The notes under the pieces: generated by a model
What the model was told of the DNA's origin: nothing
What the model saw: only the letters and a program-made list of their open reading frames with translations
The model's database searches: none
Shown: positions 17,807 through 20,000 of the stretch, one piece after another
How positions within the stretch are numbered: position 1 is the stretch's first letter
How the letters are laid out: every line of letters starts with the position of its first letter
Program-made: the position numbers and the translations under genes
Virus record (IMG/VR): IMGVR_UViG_3300021185_003889
From: an uncultured virus (IMG/VR IMGVR_UViG_3300021185_003889)
Lineage: Duplodnaviria > Heunggongvirae > Uroviricota > Caudoviricetes
Direction: 5' to 3' (one strand)
DNA length: 20,000 nt

Positions 17807-17822
17807 ATGATTAATATACGAA

Positions 17823-19364
17823 TTATTTACTTAACTCTTCTACTTTTGCTGCTAGTTCTTTTACTGCTTCGATAAGTACTGCATTTAATTTAATATAATC
17901 AACTGCTAAATATCCGTTATCTCTTTCATGAACTAGGTCTGGATATTGTGCTTGTAGCTCTTGTGCTTTAACTCCAATATCATGTCCTGTCTTACTAACA
18001 ACGTCTTCGATTCCGTCTTTCCAATCAAATTCGTATCCTCCGATTGCTTTTACTTTATCTAAAGCTCCTGCTAGTGGTGTAAAGTTTTCTTTTAATCTTT
18101 CGTCAGAAGAATAGTATGCTGTAATATCACCTGTTGCTCTAATCTCTCCTGTTGTTCCAGATGCTGCTGTACCTATTCCTATACTATCTGCTTGAACATC
18201 GTTACTTACAATAACGTCGTTTAATGCTTTTATACTACCTGTTACTTGAATTTCTGATCCTTCTATAGTAACCTTACCAGCAGTTCCATTTGTACCACCA
18301 TCTGATTTAATACTAATATCACCAGCAGTTTCTGTACCAGTACCGAATATTTTTGATTCAATTCTAACATTACCTCCGTCAGTGCCGAAACCACCATTGG
18401 AATTTACTACTACTGTATTACCGTTACTACCAACGGTTATTTGATTATTTGTTGTGTTACCACCTAAAGTAGCTCCTCCAGAGTTAAGACTTAAAGTACC
18501 ACCGCTATTACCATTATCCATAGATAAGGTCATTCCGTAAGTACCGTAAATGTTAAAAGAGTTTGATGAACTAATATTACCGGATTCATCAATACCTAAC
18601 CCATTATTAAACCTTGTTATACCTGTTATAGTATTAACTTGTCCTTGAGAACCAGATATCTTTAAGCTACCACTTATATCTATTCCTTTATTGAAGTCCC
18701 ACTTATCTGCTGTAGAATCGTATGTTAATGTAGCATCTGCTCCACCTACTGTTAAACCGGCACCATTTGCTGCTGCTGCATCGGCTGCTCCTGATGCTAC
18801 GAGAATATTAAGATCAGCTACGTTAAGTGTTGCAGTATCTAATGCTGTTTGTGTACCTTGTACTGTAAGGTTACCTAATAATGTTGTATTTGCTCCACTA
18901 ACTGAAATAGCTGAATTTAATGAACTTGTATATGTGTTAAGTCCTGCTATGTCTGCATCGTTAGAAGTAACTCTTGTACTAAATGAAGCACTTGATGCAT
19001 TAAATGATCCTGATACTCCTGTAGCAGTTAATGATCTGATTAAGGTAGCATTAGCTCCTAGAGAACCAGAAACTCCTACTGCAGTTAATGATCTAACTAA
19101 GGTAGCGTTAGCACCTAGCGATCCTGATATATCTCCTGCTATTTGTATTGAACCGGATACTAGACCGTCTATGTCAAATAAATCTGTGTCAATTTGAGTT
19201 GATGATGATATAATACCAGCACCTAAGTCGGCGATCTGGCCTGATGATGATAGTATTGCGGTGTTGTATTCTCCAGTAAAAGACCCACTGAAGGATCCTG
19301 TTAAGATTGCTCCATCACCTTTTATCTCGGCGATTTGCGTAATAGTTGGTCTTTGTATTCTCAT
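17823..19364 (-). CDS. Tail fibre/spike protein with C-terminal peptidase S74 intramolecular chaperone
   Basis: Gly/Ser/Thr-rich body. GEIRATGDITAYYSSDERLKEN...YEFDWK...IGVKAQEL...VDYIKLNAVLIEAVKEL plus a coiled coil is the S74 autocleaving chaperone signature. Confidence 0.92.
   Translation of the reverse strand: MRIQRPTITQIAEIKGDGAILTGSFSGSFTGEYNTAILSSSGQIADLGAGIISSSTQIDTDLFDIDGLVSGSIQIAGDISGSLGANATLVRSLTAVGVSGSLGANATLIRSLTATGVSGSFNASSASFSTRVTSNDADIAGLNTYTSSLNSAISVSGANTTLLGNLTVQGTQTALDTATLNVADLNILVASGAADAAAANGAGLTVGGADATLTYDSTADKWDFNKGIDISGSLKISGSQGQVNTITGITRFNNGLGIDESGNISSSNSFNIYGTYGMTLSMDNGNSGGTLSLNSGGATLGGNTTNNQITVGSNGNTVVVNSNGGFGTDGGNVRIESKIFGTGTETAGDISIKSDGGTNGTAGKVTIEGSEIQVTGSIKALNDVIVSNDVQADSIGIGTAASGTTGEIRATGDITAYYSSDERLKENFTPLAGALDKVKAIGGYEFDWKDGIEDVVSKTGHDIGVKAQELQAQYPDLVHERDNGYLAVDYIKLNAVLIEAVKELAAKVEELSK
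19006..19128 (-). repeat. 57-nt (19-aa) in-frame tandem duplication in the tail fibre
   Basis: SGSLGANATLVRSLTAVGV / SGSLGANATLIRSLTATGV / SGS. DNA copies at 19063-19119 and 19006-19062 differ mainly at synonymous sites. Confidence 0.9.
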
Positions 19365-19397
19365 GAGTTATTAATTTCTTTATTGATAGCTGTCTTT

Positions 19398-19408
19398 AAT
19401 AAATATCG
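19398..19408 (-). promoter_or_regulatory. Putative phage late-promoter-like motif CGATATTTATT
   Basis: In the 59-nt intergenic gap, ~34 nt upstream of the tail-fibre ATG; the spacing is similar to the copy upstream of the sheath. Confidence 0.5.
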
Positions 19409-19423
19409 ACGTTTTAGGTTAAA

Positions 19424-20000
19424 TTATCGTTTAATTACAACATAACAATCAATTAATTCTGATAATACGATTTGTATATTATTTTGATTGACTGATTTAA
19501 TTGTTTCAGGTATGAACATTTCTTTAGAAGCACTCTCATATACCTGAACAACTGGGAATTCTTCTTGTAGGTTATGTGTTATCGTACTAGACGTAACACC
19601 CGTAATTAAAGTTTTGTGAATAGATCCAGAAACCAAATGTCCTCCTTTAGCTACAACTACTCTTCCGGTAGTAGCAGGGTCCATAAATATATTTACATTG
19701 TTAGTATCTGGTGTGTTTATCCTCGAAGGAATAAACTGGTCATCATTATCATCGTAAACGGTAACTATAACATCTTTAGTTCCAAATAAATGATTTACTG
19801 ATGCTGTTGTAGCATTTGTAAAAGTTTGGGAAACTGTTACTTCTTCTGTTACGTTAGAAGTCACGTTTGTAAGACCAGAACCATCTCCTATAAAAGATCC
19901 AGAGAAAGACCCTGATATACTTTCATTTCCATCAGCAGTATGTATTTGTCCATCTTGGCCAACAGTTAAAATTTTCTTAGCTGCATCAGTTGCTGATTCA
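19424..20000 (-). CDS. C-terminal part of a tail-fibre-like structural protein (5' end outside window)
   Basis: The frame stays open past the track's GTG start up to the window edge: ESATDAAKKILTVGQDGQIHTADGNESISGSFSGSFIGDGSGLTNVTSNV. It ends with two related domains (VNHLFGTKDVIVTVYD..FIPSRI and ITHNLQEEFPVVQVYE..FIPETI). Confidence 0.8.
   Translation of the reverse strand, partial: ESATDAAKKILTVGQDGQIHTADGNESISGSFSGSFIGDGSGLTNVTSNVTEEVTVSQTFTNATTASVNHLFGTKDVIVTVYDDNDDQFIPSRINTPDTNNVNIFMDPATTGRVVVAKGGHLVSGSIHKTLITGVTSSTITHNLQEEFPVVQVYESASKEMFIPETIKSVNQNNIQIVLSELIDCYVVIKR

Noticed and set aside
18691..19197. 168-aa plus-strand ORF
   Set aside because: Antisense shadow of the Ala/Gly/Ser-rich tail fibre; it mirrors the fibre's repeat.
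1..20000. Alternative genetic code (stop-codon reassignment, as in some large phages)
   Set aside because: Long intact ORFs tile the window in code 11, and TAA, TGA and TAG (1650, 9914) all end genes at sensible positions.
1..20000. CRISPR arrays, tRNA/rRNA genes, introns/inteins, DGR template repeats
   Set aside because: There is almost no non-coding space (largest gap ~113 nt), and I saw no spaced direct repeats, intein motifs or reverse transcriptase by eye.

Overview
AT-rich window read entirely on the minus strand, most consistent with the virion-structure region of a large contractile-tailed (myovirus-type) phage. In transcription order (right to left) it holds: the 3' part of a tail-fibre-like gene; a Ser/Gly-rich tail fibre with a C-terminal peptidase S74 chaperone; two small putative virion proteins; a tightly overlapped ~15 kb enzyme cassette; a 79-aa coiled-coil ORF; and a tail sheath gene (1..1536, missing from the ORF track, runs off the left edge). 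The cassette encodes a GT-A-like protein, a class I SAM methyltransferase, a GT2-like glycosyltransferase, a small acidic protein, two GT7 galactosyltransferase-like paralogues each with a LamG domain inserted, a stand-alone LamG-like protein, and SEVEN radical SAM enzymes with an N-terminal twitch/SPASM-like Cys cluster. The most notable feature is this glycosyltransferase + methyltransferase + 7x radical SAM cassette between tail fibre and sheath genes. I infer a phage-encoded glycan synthesis and radical-tailoring system, possibly decorating the virion, but this is untested. All family calls come from motif recognition by eye; no searches were run.
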